Source: Piromyces finnis finn (Eukaryota > Fungi > Neocallimastigomycota). From it: a stretch of 64,000 bases of DNA. Shown here in pieces: positions 28,561 through 41,008 of the stretch. The position numbers were made by a program, and so were the translations under genes. Below the pieces are notes generated by a model. It saw only the letters and a program-made list of their open reading frames with translations, did no database searches and had not been told where the DNA came from. The stretch lies in the NCBI GenBank assembly GCA_002104945.1, contig MCFH01000025.1:1-64000 (forward strand), read 5' to 3'. Each line of letters opens with the position of its first letter. Position 1 is the first letter of the stretch.

Positions 28561-28605
28561 CCCCTGATGACTATTGTTTATTAAATAATCTAAAGATATA
28601 TATTA

Positions 28606-29009
28606 TGATACGGGTTAATTTTATGTAGAAAGAATTAAACTTTAAATAATATATGTTTTATTAATAATTCTATTTATTACGTTCCAATATTTCTATTCTG
28701 TCTAAATACTAAAACGTTCTGTCTTTGTCAAATATTAAAATTCTAACTAAAACAAGAAGCCCTTTTTAATAATATTTATTCTAGTCTATTTATACTAATG
28801 AGATTTACTTAATAACTAATTGTCCAATTATAAGGCTGGAACTATATGGATCATTCATTTACATTATTCTTTTACATTTGTCGTACATTTGCATTACATT
28901 CTTATACATTGTAGAAATAATTAAAATTATAATAAAACTATATAAATTTAATATTAGGAAAAATTACTAATATAATAATATGTTCAATTCACATATTATT
29001 ATTATATCA
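28606..29009 (-). mobile_element. Solo LTR of the outer-Gypsy family
   Basis: Homologous to 13523-13941, more diverged; 4-bp TSD ATTA (28602-28605, 29010-29013). Confidence 0.92.
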
Positions 29010-29710
29010 ATTATATCTTTACAATATTATTAATACAAAATTAAATTTTATAATATATATGTACAATATACAATCAAAAACAATATCATTACAAGTAATA
29101 AATAATATTTTAGATTATTTAATATATGATAATGTTTAATAAGCTTATTTAAATTTTTCTTATTAGATTATAAAACAAGCTTTTATGACTTATATTCTAT
29201 GAAGATTCTATTAAACTTATATTAAATAATAAAGTTATCATTTTAGTAAATATTACTATTATTAAAAGCATTTTTTTTAATTATAGTAATTTATTTTACA
29301 TACATAATACACTATGTAATTTATTAATTTTTATTATGAAACTTTTAGTGTTGTGTAAATATTTTTGATACTAACTTTTTTTTGAAAGTATTATTTTATT
29401 AAGCTTTACATTTAGTATACTATTAAATTACTATATTATTTCTTAGTAAAATTATTCTTAAAACTTAAAAAAACTATTTTATAGAATAGTATTGTACTAG
29501 TCCTTATATTTCTCAGAAATGATTTACTCAATTTTATATATATATTAGGATTACGATTGTAAATTGTAATATAAAGCATATTCGATTTATAATTTTTTTA
29601 TTTCTTTAGCATTTATAAATCATATAAAATGAAAATTTAATAAAATCTAAATAATAATTCTAACTATTTAAATATTTAATAATCCTAGTTTTATTTACTT
29701 TTAATTTGAA

Positions 29711-31906
29711 TTAAAAGTAAATAAAACTAGGATTATTTTTTAAAGATTTATATATTGTACCATCTATACTTCTATTTAATAATAGATAAGGTTTATTAGG
29801 AAAACTATCTTGAAGTTTTATATTTGTAGCTTGACATGGATAATATATATTATCTTTCCATACACCAAATACCACAACTTCTTTTTCATTTATGTTTTTA
29901 AAGTAATGATATCCTGAAATCTCTTTAATTTCCTTATATAAAGTTGAATATGGAGGTAAGGTGTCATTAAATATATCTTCATTAATTATTGGAATTTCCG
30001 GCAATATATTAGAATATGTAGACTTCCATAAATAATACTTTTTATTAGAATCATCTGATATTTTTTTCTCTGCTATCAAAATAACTTTATCTTCTTCTGA
30101 GATAAATTGTGAAATATATGAATCTCTATTGTTTTCATCAATAATAATTATGTTATTTTTTTTGTACATTGATAATATTGCTTGTACAAATACATCGTTA
30201 ACGAAAAATAAATTAGTTTCTGGTTTTACTATATATTCATATCTATAATTTGGACGAAGGTATAACCTAGTAGTGTTCATCATAACAATTATGAATGGAT
30301 ATGAAGAATTAAAATTATAAACGAAATTATTTACTCCATATGGATATATCTTCATTTCATTATCTACGGAAAATGATAATATATTTATATTGGTATAACT
30401 ACTTTCCATTTTTAATATATTTAATTGTTTATTTAAAAACTTTTCTTTTAATATGTTTAGAAAGTGTTGCTGAGATGGGATATTTATATAAGTACTACAT
30501 TTAGAACATATTTTAAATTTCGAAAATATTTCTTCAATGTCAAAATAAATTCTATATAAATTTGGTAATTCATACCCATAAGAAATAAATAAGTTTGATG
30601 GTAATAAACCAATAGATTGTTCAACAATATTATACGATATATTAGTAAAAATAATCTTTTTTTTACTTTTAGCTTTTTTAATAGTTTTAACGCATTTAGG
30701 AATTCCAGGATTATCACCAGACCTTCTATTTTGATTTATAGTTATTGTGTACCCAGAGCCCTCTGGAGATTTATAATAATTATTATTCCATTGAACATAA
30801 GGAATATTGTGTTTGATACAATATTCTTTATCAGCAATAACAGGATAAACTTTATCGACATTCCTATAATATCTTGTATAAAATTTCCCAAATAATCTAT
30901 TATAATTTATTTTTATAGGTATTTTAAAGAATAAAGTTTTATTTTGAAAATAATTTATATGGAAATTAATATATAATAAATAAATATAGTTTAACAGAAT
31001 TTTTACTGATAAATACATATACCATTCTAGATTTTTAATATGAATTGTTTCATTATATTGTTTATGTTTATTATATAAAAATATATCTATTGAAGTATTA
31101 AATAAGTTTAAAGAATACACTAAACTTTCTTGTTTTTTTATTAAACCACTTTTTTCATTTGTATAAAGATAGGGATATAAATTATTTTCATATAACATTA
31201 AATCAAATAATTGAAAATCAATTGATATCGGGTATATTAATGTTATATCTGATGGAATAAATCTTATAAAAGTATTATCAATTGAACAATTTAAGAATGG
31301 TAATAATAAGTAAATAATGTTAGAATATGATTCTTTATCTGAAAAAGTAATTTTGGATTTTGTAATTTGTATTACATCATGACAACATTTAATAATAATA
31401 TAATTATCTACATTTTCAAGTTTTCTAAGTCTATCAAATCTTATTAATTCTTGGTTATATGAAAATGAATCAATAAAATATTTATTTACATATTGAAAAT
31501 GCTGTATACCTTGTATAAAACTTGCTATATATTGGCAATTATCAGGTAAATTTTGAGTAATTATTTTTTCATATGTTTCTTTAAAACTAATTGAGGGTAA
31601 ATTAATTGGAATATAGTATTTTGTTTTAGTTGTATCTTCTAAATAATATTTATATTTTATAGGTTCATTTTTTATTTTTTTTTCTAAATTATCATAAAGT
31701 GAAAATAATAATGATACTTTTTTTATATCTACATTAGAATTATCCTTATACTTTACTATATATTTTTCTTTGGATAATTCATTACAATCAATAATATTAA
31801 TTCCTTCAAAAAAAGAAAATACTTCATTATTAATTAATATTTCAAGTTGATATGGTAGGGCTTTGTATTTTTCTAATATTGTACGTATTAAATTTATTAT
31901 ATCCAT
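29711..31906 (-). CDS. NCLDV-type early transcription factor large subunit (vaccinia A7/VETF-L-like), 731 aa
   Basis: Intact intronless ORF. Ordered segments LFDLMLYENNLYPYLYTNEK, LFGKFYTRY..YPVI..NNYYKSP..GY..NQN..PGIPKCVK and GLLPSNL..LYRI follow the conserved core of A7-like proteins as I recall it (YSR..P.I..Y.CP..YPG..N..PCC, then G.LP..YR.G), with most Cys lost. It lies head-to-head with a D6-like gene. Confidence 0.62.
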   Translation of the reverse strand: MDIINLIRTILEKYKALPYQLEILINNEVFSFFEGINIIDCNELSKEKYIVKYKDNSNVDIKKVSLLFSLYDNLEKKIKNEPIKYKYYLEDTTKTKYYIPINLPSISFKETYEKIITQNLPDNCQYIASFIQGIQHFQYVNKYFIDSFSYNQELIRFDRLRKLENVDNYIIIKCCHDVIQITKSKITFSDKESYSNIIYLLLPFLNCSIDNTFIRFIPSDITLIYPISIDFQLFDLMLYENNLYPYLYTNEKSGLIKKQESLVYSLNLFNTSIDIFLYNKHKQYNETIHIKNLEWYMYLSVKILLNYIYLLYINFHINYFQNKTLFFKIPIKINYNRLFGKFYTRYYRNVDKVYPVIADKEYCIKHNIPYVQWNNNYYKSPEGSGYTITINQNRRSGDNPGIPKCVKTIKKAKSKKKIIFTNISYNIVEQSIGLLPSNLFISYGYELPNLYRIYFDIEEIFSKFKICSKCSTYINIPSQQHFLNILKEKFLNKQLNILKMESSYTNINILSFSVDNEMKIYPYGVNNFVYNFNSSYPFIIVMMNTTRLYLRPNYRYEYIVKPETNLFFVNDVFVQAILSMYKKNNIIIIDENNRDSYISQFISEEDKVILIAEKKISDDSNKKYYLWKSTYSNILPEIPIINEDIFNDTLPPYSTLYKEIKEISGYHYFKNINEKEVVVFGVWKDNIYYPCQATNIKLQDSFPNKPYLLLNRSIDGTIYKSLKNNPSFIYF

Positions 31907-32344
31907 TTTGATTTTAGTTCAATTCTTTACTATATAATTAATATTTTCTAATTCACAAAATATATATTTTTTGTAAATTTATTCTAAACAAAAATTTAAT
32001 ATATAATTTATAATTTGATAGGATAATAAAAAATTGTTAATATGAATTTAATAACTTTAATTGTGATAGTATCAGAATTTAATTAGTTAAAATTTGGGTT
32101 TTTAATATTTACTATATTTATAGTAATTTATTATTACGAAGTATTACAAATATGTATATATATAGCTTATACTACATTATTAATACATTATTAATACATT
32201 ATGTTAAATGTATTAAAGATTATTAGAATATTTAATTTTATTATAAATCTTAAATATATTCAATTAATTAAAGTTTATAATAAAATTAAGAAATTCTAAA
32301 AATCCTCAAACCTGATTTCATTATGAAATTCAATGTTTGATGTA

Positions 32345-32484
32345 TAAATAAAATAAAATAAAATAAAATAAAATAAAATAAAATAAAAAAAAAAATAAAA
32401 TAAAATAAAATAAAATAAAATAAAATAAAATAAAATAAAATAAAATAAAATAAAATAAAATAAAATAAAATAAAATAAAATAAA
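32345..32484. repeat. (TAAAA)n microsatellite
   Basis: Direct inspection. Confidence 0.95.
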
Positions 32485-33749
32485 CGGAACATAATTTTAA
32501 TGAAAATAATAGAAATAAATATATGGAGATGATATTTTTTTTTCTTCTTGAACGTAATTTAAGTCTTTTATAATTAATTCGTAAAATCACTATCATTTAA
32601 ACCTTAATTTTCGGATATAGATTCTTTGATAATAAATTGGAATACATTAATTCTAAAATATATGAAGACTTTAGGGTTAATATGATGACACCATTAAGTC
32701 TTGACTAGTTGTCTTGGTAAGAATGGATTGTTGAATTAAATCTTCAAATCTAATTTTGATGCTATTATTAATATTTGGTTCACAGGTACCTATTACATTT
32801 TCTTCACTGCCTGTTGTTATGATTCTTTATTTGGATATTGATACCAGATTTTGTCAATTATATTCTTCTTATTGATTTTTGTTGATATCTTTTGAAAATA
32901 GGACTTTATCTAAAATATCTCAGTAGCATTAACCCATGGATTGTACCATAACCTTCAAATATACATAAAGATTTGTTTTTCAATATTATCGACAAAATGT
33001 CCGAACATTGTATTAATTTTTTCGAAGTACGAGCCATTTGTACAAGCTTTAAAGTTTTTCCATCTTTTCCTATGCAGATTAGGTTATTATAATATTAAAT
33101 TCTTATAATATTTATTATATAATTTATATCACATGAAATACCATATCATATGATAAATTATGTATATATTAATGTGAATAAACAATTATACCTAGGCCAC
33201 CATAAATAAAATCTAAATGCCACATTGAATTTTTTAACATTAATTAGTACATTATATTAATAAATAAGGTTATATACTTTATTTAATTTTATAAAAAATA
33301 TTAATTTTAAATTATTAATCAAATTTATTAAATAAACACATAAAATAATTCAAAATAATCATATAACAACGTGACCAAAACTTATTGAGGCGTAAACATT
33401 TCACAAGATAAAAAAAAATTAAGTGAAAAAACACAAATTTATTTTATTAATTTAAAATTTAAATAATTATAATGTAAATTATGTTATGTAAATAATTTCT
33501 TTTATTTATATTTATATTTATATTATTATATTTTTATTATACTTTAATAAATATTTTTATATTTTTTATATTAGTTTTATATAGATTGTTAATTAAATAA
33601 ATAAAGAAAATATATATATTTTTATTTCATGTATTTATTTTTTAGCTTATTTTATAATTAACTGTCGAAGTAATATTTTTATTAATAAATTAATTTTAAC
33701 TATTAATAGATTTAATTATTCCTAAAAAGGAAAATATATGTGATTTATT

Positions 33750-35280
33750 AAATTTAAATAAATATATTATTTTAATTTATTAATAAACTTTATATATTAT
33801 AAAAAAACATTATTAAAAAATGACCAAATTTTGAATATCTTTTTATAAGTAAAATAACTAGATTTATTTATTTGAATTTAAGGCATGATATATACTTTAT
33901 TAATTATTTTAATTAAATTATATTATTATATTCATAAGGAATTTTATGACTATAATAATATTTATGTTTATTACATTTTCTATTTTTATTTATTAATAAA
34001 CAAACAAACTAAAATTTAACTACTTAGTTTATTTGTTTATTTATATGAATTTAATTTTAACAAAAATTTTAATATATCCATAAATTGATGGATGATATAC
34101 ATATTTGAAAAAATTAATTTATTTTATATTAGTATAAAATAAATTAATATACTAATTAATCTTATGTATTATAAAAATATAAAAACCCAAAATATAACTT
34201 TTGAATTTTTCTTGTAGTAAATAATTGACTAAGTTTATTTATTTAAATTTTTAAGAAAATATAGTATTAAAAATATTTTATCATATTCCTTACTTTTATT
34301 TAATTAATTATTTATGTTTTATATATTTTCTACTTTTTTATACGAAGATTTAATTATTAAGTTTATTTACATATTTCTTACTTTATGAATTGATTCTAGA
34401 CAAAAATTTAATATATCCATAAATTGATAGGATAATAAACAATTAAAACATTTAATATAGTAATAAACTTTATATATTATAAAATATTTTAAAAGAAAAA
34501 GTTCAGAATAACTTTAAATTTTCTTTCGTAATAGATAATTGATTCAGTTTATTCCGTTTATGTTCAAATTTTTATGAAATGATTCTAGACAATAAAAAAT
34601 TAATATATCTATAATTTGATAGGATAATGAATAATAAAATAATTAATATAGTATTAAACCTTGTATTTTATAAATACTATTAAAGAAAAGTCCATAATAA
34701 CTTTTAAGTTTTCTTTTGTCATTTATTCAAATTTATAAGATATTTTATAATTTTTATTTATTAATTATTTTAATGCAAATTATATTATTATATTCCTAAA
34801 ATATTTTATTTTACTTCCTACATTCTTTTATTTAATTATATTTATTATATTTTCTCTTTTTTATACGAAAATCCAACTATTAAGTTTATTTGCATGTTTC
34901 ATACTTTATAAATTGATTCTAGACAAAAATTGATAGGATAATACGCAATTAAAACAATTAATATAGTAATAAACCTTATGTATTATAAATATTATAAAGG
35001 AAAAGTCTAAAATAACTTTAAGTTTTCTTTTTGTAATAGATAATTGACTCGGTTCATTTATTTAATTTTATATGAATTGATTCTAGACAAAAATTTAATA
35101 TATCCATAAATTGATAGGATAATAAACAATTAAAAAATTAATTAATATATTAACTTAAAATGAAGTAAAGACTATAAAAGAAAAGTCAAAAACAATTCCG
35201 AGTTTTTATATTTTTTTAGTAAACAACTTTTTAAAGTAAAATAATATAATTCGGTTCTTTTATTCAGATTATAGGATTTT
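33750..35280. repeat. Degenerate tandem-repeat array with core GATTCTAGACAAAAATTTAATATATCCATAAATTGATAGGATAATAAA
   Basis: Core starts at 34392, 34581, 34915 and 35079, with variants near 34045 and at 31981. A higher-order ~520-bp duplication relates ~34275-34760 to ~34800-35280. Confidence 0.85.
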
Positions 35281-35444
35281 ATCTTGTTAGGTTTAATCAT
35301 AATATTTATACTAAAATTTAATTGTTAATTTTATTTCCTTATATCTAAAATAATTTACTAAATAAGTTTATTTCTTCCTTTTGCCTAAAACTTTCATCAT
35401 CATCATCATCATCATAATAATAATAATAATAATTAGTTTTTATT

Positions 35445-38400
35445 ATGTCTTATCCCGATATTAATAAATTATATAACTATCGAGAATTTAAAGAAATATT
35501 TACTAATGAAAATTTATTGGAGGAAAAACTCCATATGAAAAGATATCAAATATTACCTTCTAGGTATATGTCGAGTGATAATGAAGCTGTTAAAAGATTT
35601 TTAATCTACCATCCACCGGGTTCAGGAAAGTCATATACTGCATTATGGATACTGCTAAACTTTATAAATTTTTATGAAAAACCAGCTATTATCCTTGTAA
35701 AGAATAAAGAATCGATAATAAATTTTAAAAGTCGTATTGAATCATGGTATTCATTTACATTTAACTTTTATAAACCTCCAGAAGGTATAACAAATTATCA
35801 ACAATTTATAAAAAAATATATTGAATTTTATACATATTTTTCATTTTTCAAATCTATAAAAAATATAGAGGATATTAAAATGCATGAAAATAGATTTATT
35901 ATTATTGATGAGATACATAATTTTCGAAATACTAAAGAAAATAAATTTATATATAAAAGAATTAATAAATTCTTAAGTTCTATTAAAAATGCAAGAGTAA
36001 TATTTATGTCAGCAACACCGATATTTGATAACTATAATGAAATATCAAGTTTAATAAAATTAATAGTACCAACTATTAATAATAATACTGATTTTACTCC
36101 CAAAAAAGTAGAAGAAATAATGAAAGGACACGTATCATATTATGGATTAAATCCGCCAGATACAATTGTTAATTATAATGGTAAGTGTATTCAAGGAATT
36201 AATAAATATAAAATATTTGAAATTCCTATGAAAGGATTCCAACTTCAATATTACCAAAATTTAACCAAAAATGTTAAGAATTTAAATAGTATGGAAATGG
36301 GAATTAATTTAACGAAAGCAGCTATTGGTGTTATTGATTTTAATAATTTTAAATTAAATATTCCCCATGATACTAATAATGAAAAAAAACGTTATATATT
36401 CAAAAATGGTCATATCATTTATAATGATATAGAAATTCAAAAAACTATAATAAAGCATTCAGAAAACCTCAGTGATTATTGTTGTAAATTTTACCATTGT
36501 CTAGATATTATTAATAAGGCTAATTCATCAGATGGTCTTGTTTTTATATATTGTAATTTAATAGAAGATATCGGTATATATTATTTTGCAGCACTACTTT
36601 GCTCTATGGGATATAATTATGTATATGATAATAAATCAGCAAAGCGATTTAGTAAAAAAAAATTTTTAGATAAAGAATTTGATTACCCAGAATTAAAAGA
36701 AATAAGAAGAGGTAATAAAAAAAATAAAAAATGGAATTTTACATTTATTACAGGTGATAAAAGATTATGTCCAAATGTTTTAGAGCGTTTAGATATGTTT
36801 AATAACTCTAATAATAAAGATGGCTCAGCAATCAAAGTACTCATAGGAAGTGATATATTGTCAGAAAGTGTTGATATTTTGAATGTACGTCAATTACATA
36901 TATTAACACCCCATTGGAATTATGAGAAAATAAATCAAATTATTGGACGTGTTCGTAGAGTAGGATCTCATATGGCGTTACCCCCGGAACAAAGAAATGT
37001 TAATATATATTTATATTCAGCATATGATCCAACAAAACAATATTCAGATTCTATTAACTATAGTATTGATTATTTTAAATATATAAAATGCGAAAATAAA
37101 TATAATCAATCATTACAATATTATAAGGCATTACAAAATGCTTCAATAGAATCATTAGTTATTAAGAATTTATCAAAAGATCACAATCTTAAAAGTTCTC
37201 AATATTCTCATTTATATATAGAAAAAAAATTACCAATATATCTTTCTTTGATGTGTAACTATCTAAAAACAGCTTTAGATTCATCCGATTATGTTAATAT
37301 TAACGATATAATAAAAGAAGTACCTGTATTAAATATATCCATTATTAAAGAAATAATAAAAATTATCAAAACAAATAACATTATAATAAATAATAGAATT
37401 TTAGATTATTCATGTGGATTAATGTATTTGAAAATGACATCAAATCTTCGTATTCACAATGATACTAAAAATCCCACTAATATAAATCCTTTAATTTACT
37501 TACTTGATCATAGTACAAATTCATCTAAGTCGCTAACGTCAGGTTTTAATAATAGTGGAGTTTTGAATAATGAAAATAAAAAAGATATAGAAATAGAAAA
37601 TAAAACTAATACTTTAGAACATTTACTAGAAAATAATTTAAACAAAGAATTTTATAATATTATATTAAATTATTCACACACAGAAATACTTGAAGTTATT
37701 AAACATAGTTTAAAATATAATATAAAGAATATTAAGTATTTCTTTAGTCCTTACTGGTTAAAATATGATGATTTATTTTATATATCATATATTTCAACTA
37801 TAAAAAGCAATTCTTATTCTAATAACAAGAATAAGTCTATTACTGACTTTAATAATATAATTTATTACAGTGATAAATCATTTAAAGAATGGTCAATCCT
37901 AAAAGATTCTGAATTGAATAAAATTTCTAAAATAGTTCAGAAGCATTATAAAGAAGAAAAATCAAAGAGAATTAATAATAATAAAAAATTTGCATTTATG
38001 TTATGCAATGATTTCATAATTCGATATGTTGATTCATGCAAAAATGTTTGTAGTAATGAAACATCTAACACTAAAGATTTGCGAAATTCTAATCGTGGAA
38101 GAAGTGTTTATAACTTTGGTAATAAAAAAGAATTAATAGAAAAGCTAATATGTTCGATGTGTTTTGATGATAATGAAAAAAAATTACATCAAATTGAAGG
38201 TTATAGAATTATTACACCAGAAAATATTTTAGAATTAAATAAAAATAACAATGAAGATACTACTAATTTAATGAATCATATAATAAAAATTATTACAAAT
38301 AATAATTTAGAAGAATATTGTTGTAAAAGACCACATCAAGCATTTTTAATGTATAAATTATTCTGTTTATTACCAAATTTACTCAAAATGACGAAAGATA

Positions 38401-38459
38401 ATATTATTGAAGAATGGAAAAAGTATTTATTTAAATATAATTTAATAGTTATTTTATAA
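35445..38459 (+). CDS. NCLDV-type SF2 helicase/NTPase of the D6/D11 family, most likely VETF small subunit (D6-like), 1004 aa
   Basis: Intact intronless ORF: LIYHPPGSGKS (Walker A), IIIDEIHN (DExH), FMSATP (motif III), ESVDILNVRQLHILTPHWN..QIIGRVRRVGSH..LPPEQRNVNIY (motifs V-VI in D6/D11 style), and a long C-terminal extension with NRGRSV..KKELI. Confidence 0.85.
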   Translation: MSYPDINKLYNYREFKEIFTNENLLEEKLHMKRYQILPSRYMSSDNEAVKRFLIYHPPGSGKSYTALWILLNFINFYEKPAIILVKNKESIINFKSRIESWYSFTFNFYKPPEGITNYQQFIKKYIEFYTYFSFFKSIKNIEDIKMHENRFIIIDEIHNFRNTKENKFIYKRINKFLSSIKNARVIFMSATPIFDNYNEISSLIKLIVPTINNNTDFTPKKVEEIMKGHVSYYGLNPPDTIVNYNGKCIQGINKYKIFEIPMKGFQLQYYQNLTKNVKNLNSMEMGINLTKAAIGVIDFNNFKLNIPHDTNNEKKRYIFKNGHIIYNDIEIQKTIIKHSENLSDYCCKFYHCLDIINKANSSDGLVFIYCNLIEDIGIYYFAALLCSMGYNYVYDNKSAKRFSKKKFLDKEFDYPELKEIRRGNKKNKKWNFTFITGDKRLCPNVLERLDMFNNSNNKDGSAIKVLIGSDILSESVDILNVRQLHILTPHWNYEKINQIIGRVRRVGSHMALPPEQRNVNIYLYSAYDPTKQYSDSINYSIDYFKYIKCENKYNQSLQYYKALQNASIESLVIKNLSKDHNLKSSQYSHLYIEKKLPIYLSLMCNYLKTALDSSDYVNINDIIKEVPVLNISIIKEIIKIIKTNNIIINNRILDYSCGLMYLKMTSNLRIHNDTKNPTNINPLIYLLDHSTNSSKSLTSGFNNSGVLNNENKKDIEIENKTNTLEHLLENNLNKEFYNIILNYSHTEILEVIKHSLKYNIKNIKYFFSPYWLKYDDLFYISYISTIKSNSYSNNKNKSITDFNNIIYYSDKSFKEWSILKDSELNKISKIVQKHYKEEKSKRINNNKKFAFMLCNDFIIRYVDSCKNVCSNETSNTKDLRNSNRGRSVYNFGNKKELIEKLICSMCFDDNEKKLHQIEGYRIITPENILELNKNNNEDTTNLMNHIIKIITNNNLEEYCCKRPHQAFLMYKLFCLLPNLLKMTKDNIIEEWKKYLFKYNLIVIL

Positions 38460-39574
38460 GTACTTAAAAACAATTTTTTAAACAAAAAAAATCTAAAAAC
38501 CATTGATAGATTAATTTCTTCTTTTTTATTTATGTATAAAAAAAAGAAAGAAGATGTATTTAAATTTAAATTCATTAAATAAATAAATTAAAAATTTCTA
38601 ATTAATAAATAATTTACTCACTATCATTACTTCAAGGGTAAAAAATCTCTTTTTTTTTAAAACATAATTTGGTTTGGAAAGAGATAAATTTTAGTTACTA
38701 TGTTAAGTGTTAGTAATTTTTTTTTCTTCAACTTTATTATTTTATATACATTAATGCTTTATTTCGTTTTTTTAATTATTTCTTTGATGGTATTTCATTT
38801 TTCTTATTTATATATTATAATAGTAATGCTTTTTTATTTAGCTTGAAAATTTCCAAGGTTATTTGGTTATTTATTTATTATAATTACCATCATTATTTTG
38901 AACATTTATGAGAGTATTTGTAAAAAAAGGACTTTTATTTACCTATATTACCTATATCATATATTTATAAACACACGTAACTAACTTATTGATATAAGTT
39001 TCTTTTATGTTGTAGTAATTTAATATTAGTTTATTTATAATTTATTATATTAGGTGAAAAAATATTTTATTACTATTAACTTCTCTCTTATTATTAATTT
39101 CACTTATAATCTTTTCTTATCAATTATTAAAACTCTTCTCTCATTATTAATTATTTTTACATGGATATTTTTATATTATAAAATTCCTATAATTGAATAT
39201 CAATTATATAATGTAATGTATTTATAATATATGAATAATAATTAAATAGGATATAATATAATATATTTTACATTTTATATGAAATATTACTATATAAGGA
39301 AAGGTAATGTAATACAAATAAGTATTACAATAAAATTAATACTAATATATAATATTAATATTTAAGAATATAATGAAATATGTACATGAATTCTATAACT
39401 AATATATAAATAATGTATTATAATATATATCAATTATTATATTATTATTATGAAATATTATATATAAATTTTTAAATATGAAATTGAATATTTTAAATAA
39501 AAAAATTATTTTAAATATGGCTAATATGTAGCTAGACATATAAATTTCATATCATTATTGATACTATACATCTA

Positions 39575-39735
39575 CATTATTCTTTTACATTACATTTTTA
39601 CATTAGTCATACATTTGTATTACATTCTTATATATTATAGAAATAATTAATATTATAATAAAAACTATAAACTTAATATTAGGAAAAATTTGCTAATATA
39701 ATAATAGGTTCAAGTCACATATTATTTTTATATCA
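39575..39735 (-). mobile_element. Truncated, diverged LTR remnant of the outer-Gypsy family
   Basis: tattaggaaaaatt..ctaatataataata.gttcaagtcacatattatttttatatca matches one end of LTR 13523-13941. Confidence 0.85.
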
Positions 39736-40329
39736 TTATAAAAATATAAACATGCATTAAAAGAAAAGTGTTTTAAACATAATGACTACGTGTTTTAGAG
39801 ATAGTTATTTTTTATTTATTATATTTTATATGGTCACATAACCTTATATCTTATTATATAACTGTAATATTTACAACATAACTTTTTCTCTTTGTTAACC
39901 ATAATAATAAAATTATTTATTAATTAAATTTATTTCACAATTATTATTATTATTATTATTATTATTAAATTACACATTATATTTGTTAAATAAGAGAATG
40001 TAAAAATACTCTTATTAAGTTATAAATAAATTATATAAGAAAAAAAACTTTTATAAATAAAATACTTTTACAATATGTAAATTATAACGATTTCATATAA
40101 ACTAATATTATAAATAATTAAATTATTAAATATTAATTATATTTAATTTTAATATTTATTTATATATATATATTTATTTTATTATTATTACAATAATAAT
40201 GCAAAATTATTTAAACATTCTTTATTGCGTAATTGATAATATTATTATATAGTTCATATTTATTAATTTATTATTATAAAATATAATATTAATAACGATA
40301 ATAATAAAGTAATTACAAGAACTTATTTT

Positions 40330-40977
40330 TTAGAGTTCTTGATTCTTTTTACTATCTTCTATCTTCTTTTGAATCTTTTCCAACTTTTTTCTTCTTCTAT
40401 CTTCACTATCTTTTCTTCTTTTTTCAATCTTCTTGGCGTAATCTTCTTTATCAGCTAACCAATTAGCTTTATTTTCTTCACTATCAACAAGTTCATAAAA
40501 TGAACCATTTTGCATTGCTTTTTGTAAAGCAAAACTATTACCAAAGAATTTACCATTAACAAAAATAAATGGGAAGGTTCTTTGGGCAGTCATTCTAAAT
40601 AAGGCATCTCTAATAGCAACTTTACGAGCTTCATTTCCAATATTGTTTAAATTTAGTAGAATAAAAATTATAAGATATGAATATTACATATTTAAAAAAT
40701 TATAAATTTTCTTATTTAATTTCAGAAAAATATATATTATCTCATTTATTATTATTATTTAAAAACTAAGTAAAAGTATACTTACGTTCGGCATCTACTT
40801 CCATAATACCATATGGAACTTTAGATTGAGAAATAGCTAAACGGGTAACTTTGCTTCTTCTGTTAACATTAATAATTATTTTAAATATTTAAATTAATAT
40901 TCATTAAATTAATTTTATAACACTATTTTATATTTAAGATCTCTTGTCCCTCCCCTTCTTCTTTCTTTCTTTCTTTC

Positions 40978-41008
<31 letters not shown>

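Noticed and set aside
32286-32596. FILFY-repeat ORFs on the minus strand
   Set aside because: Artefact of the (TAAAA)n microsatellite.
33750-35280. CRISPR-like array
   Set aside because: Irregular spacing, degenerate repeats, spacers homologous to each other, eukaryotic context and no cas genes.
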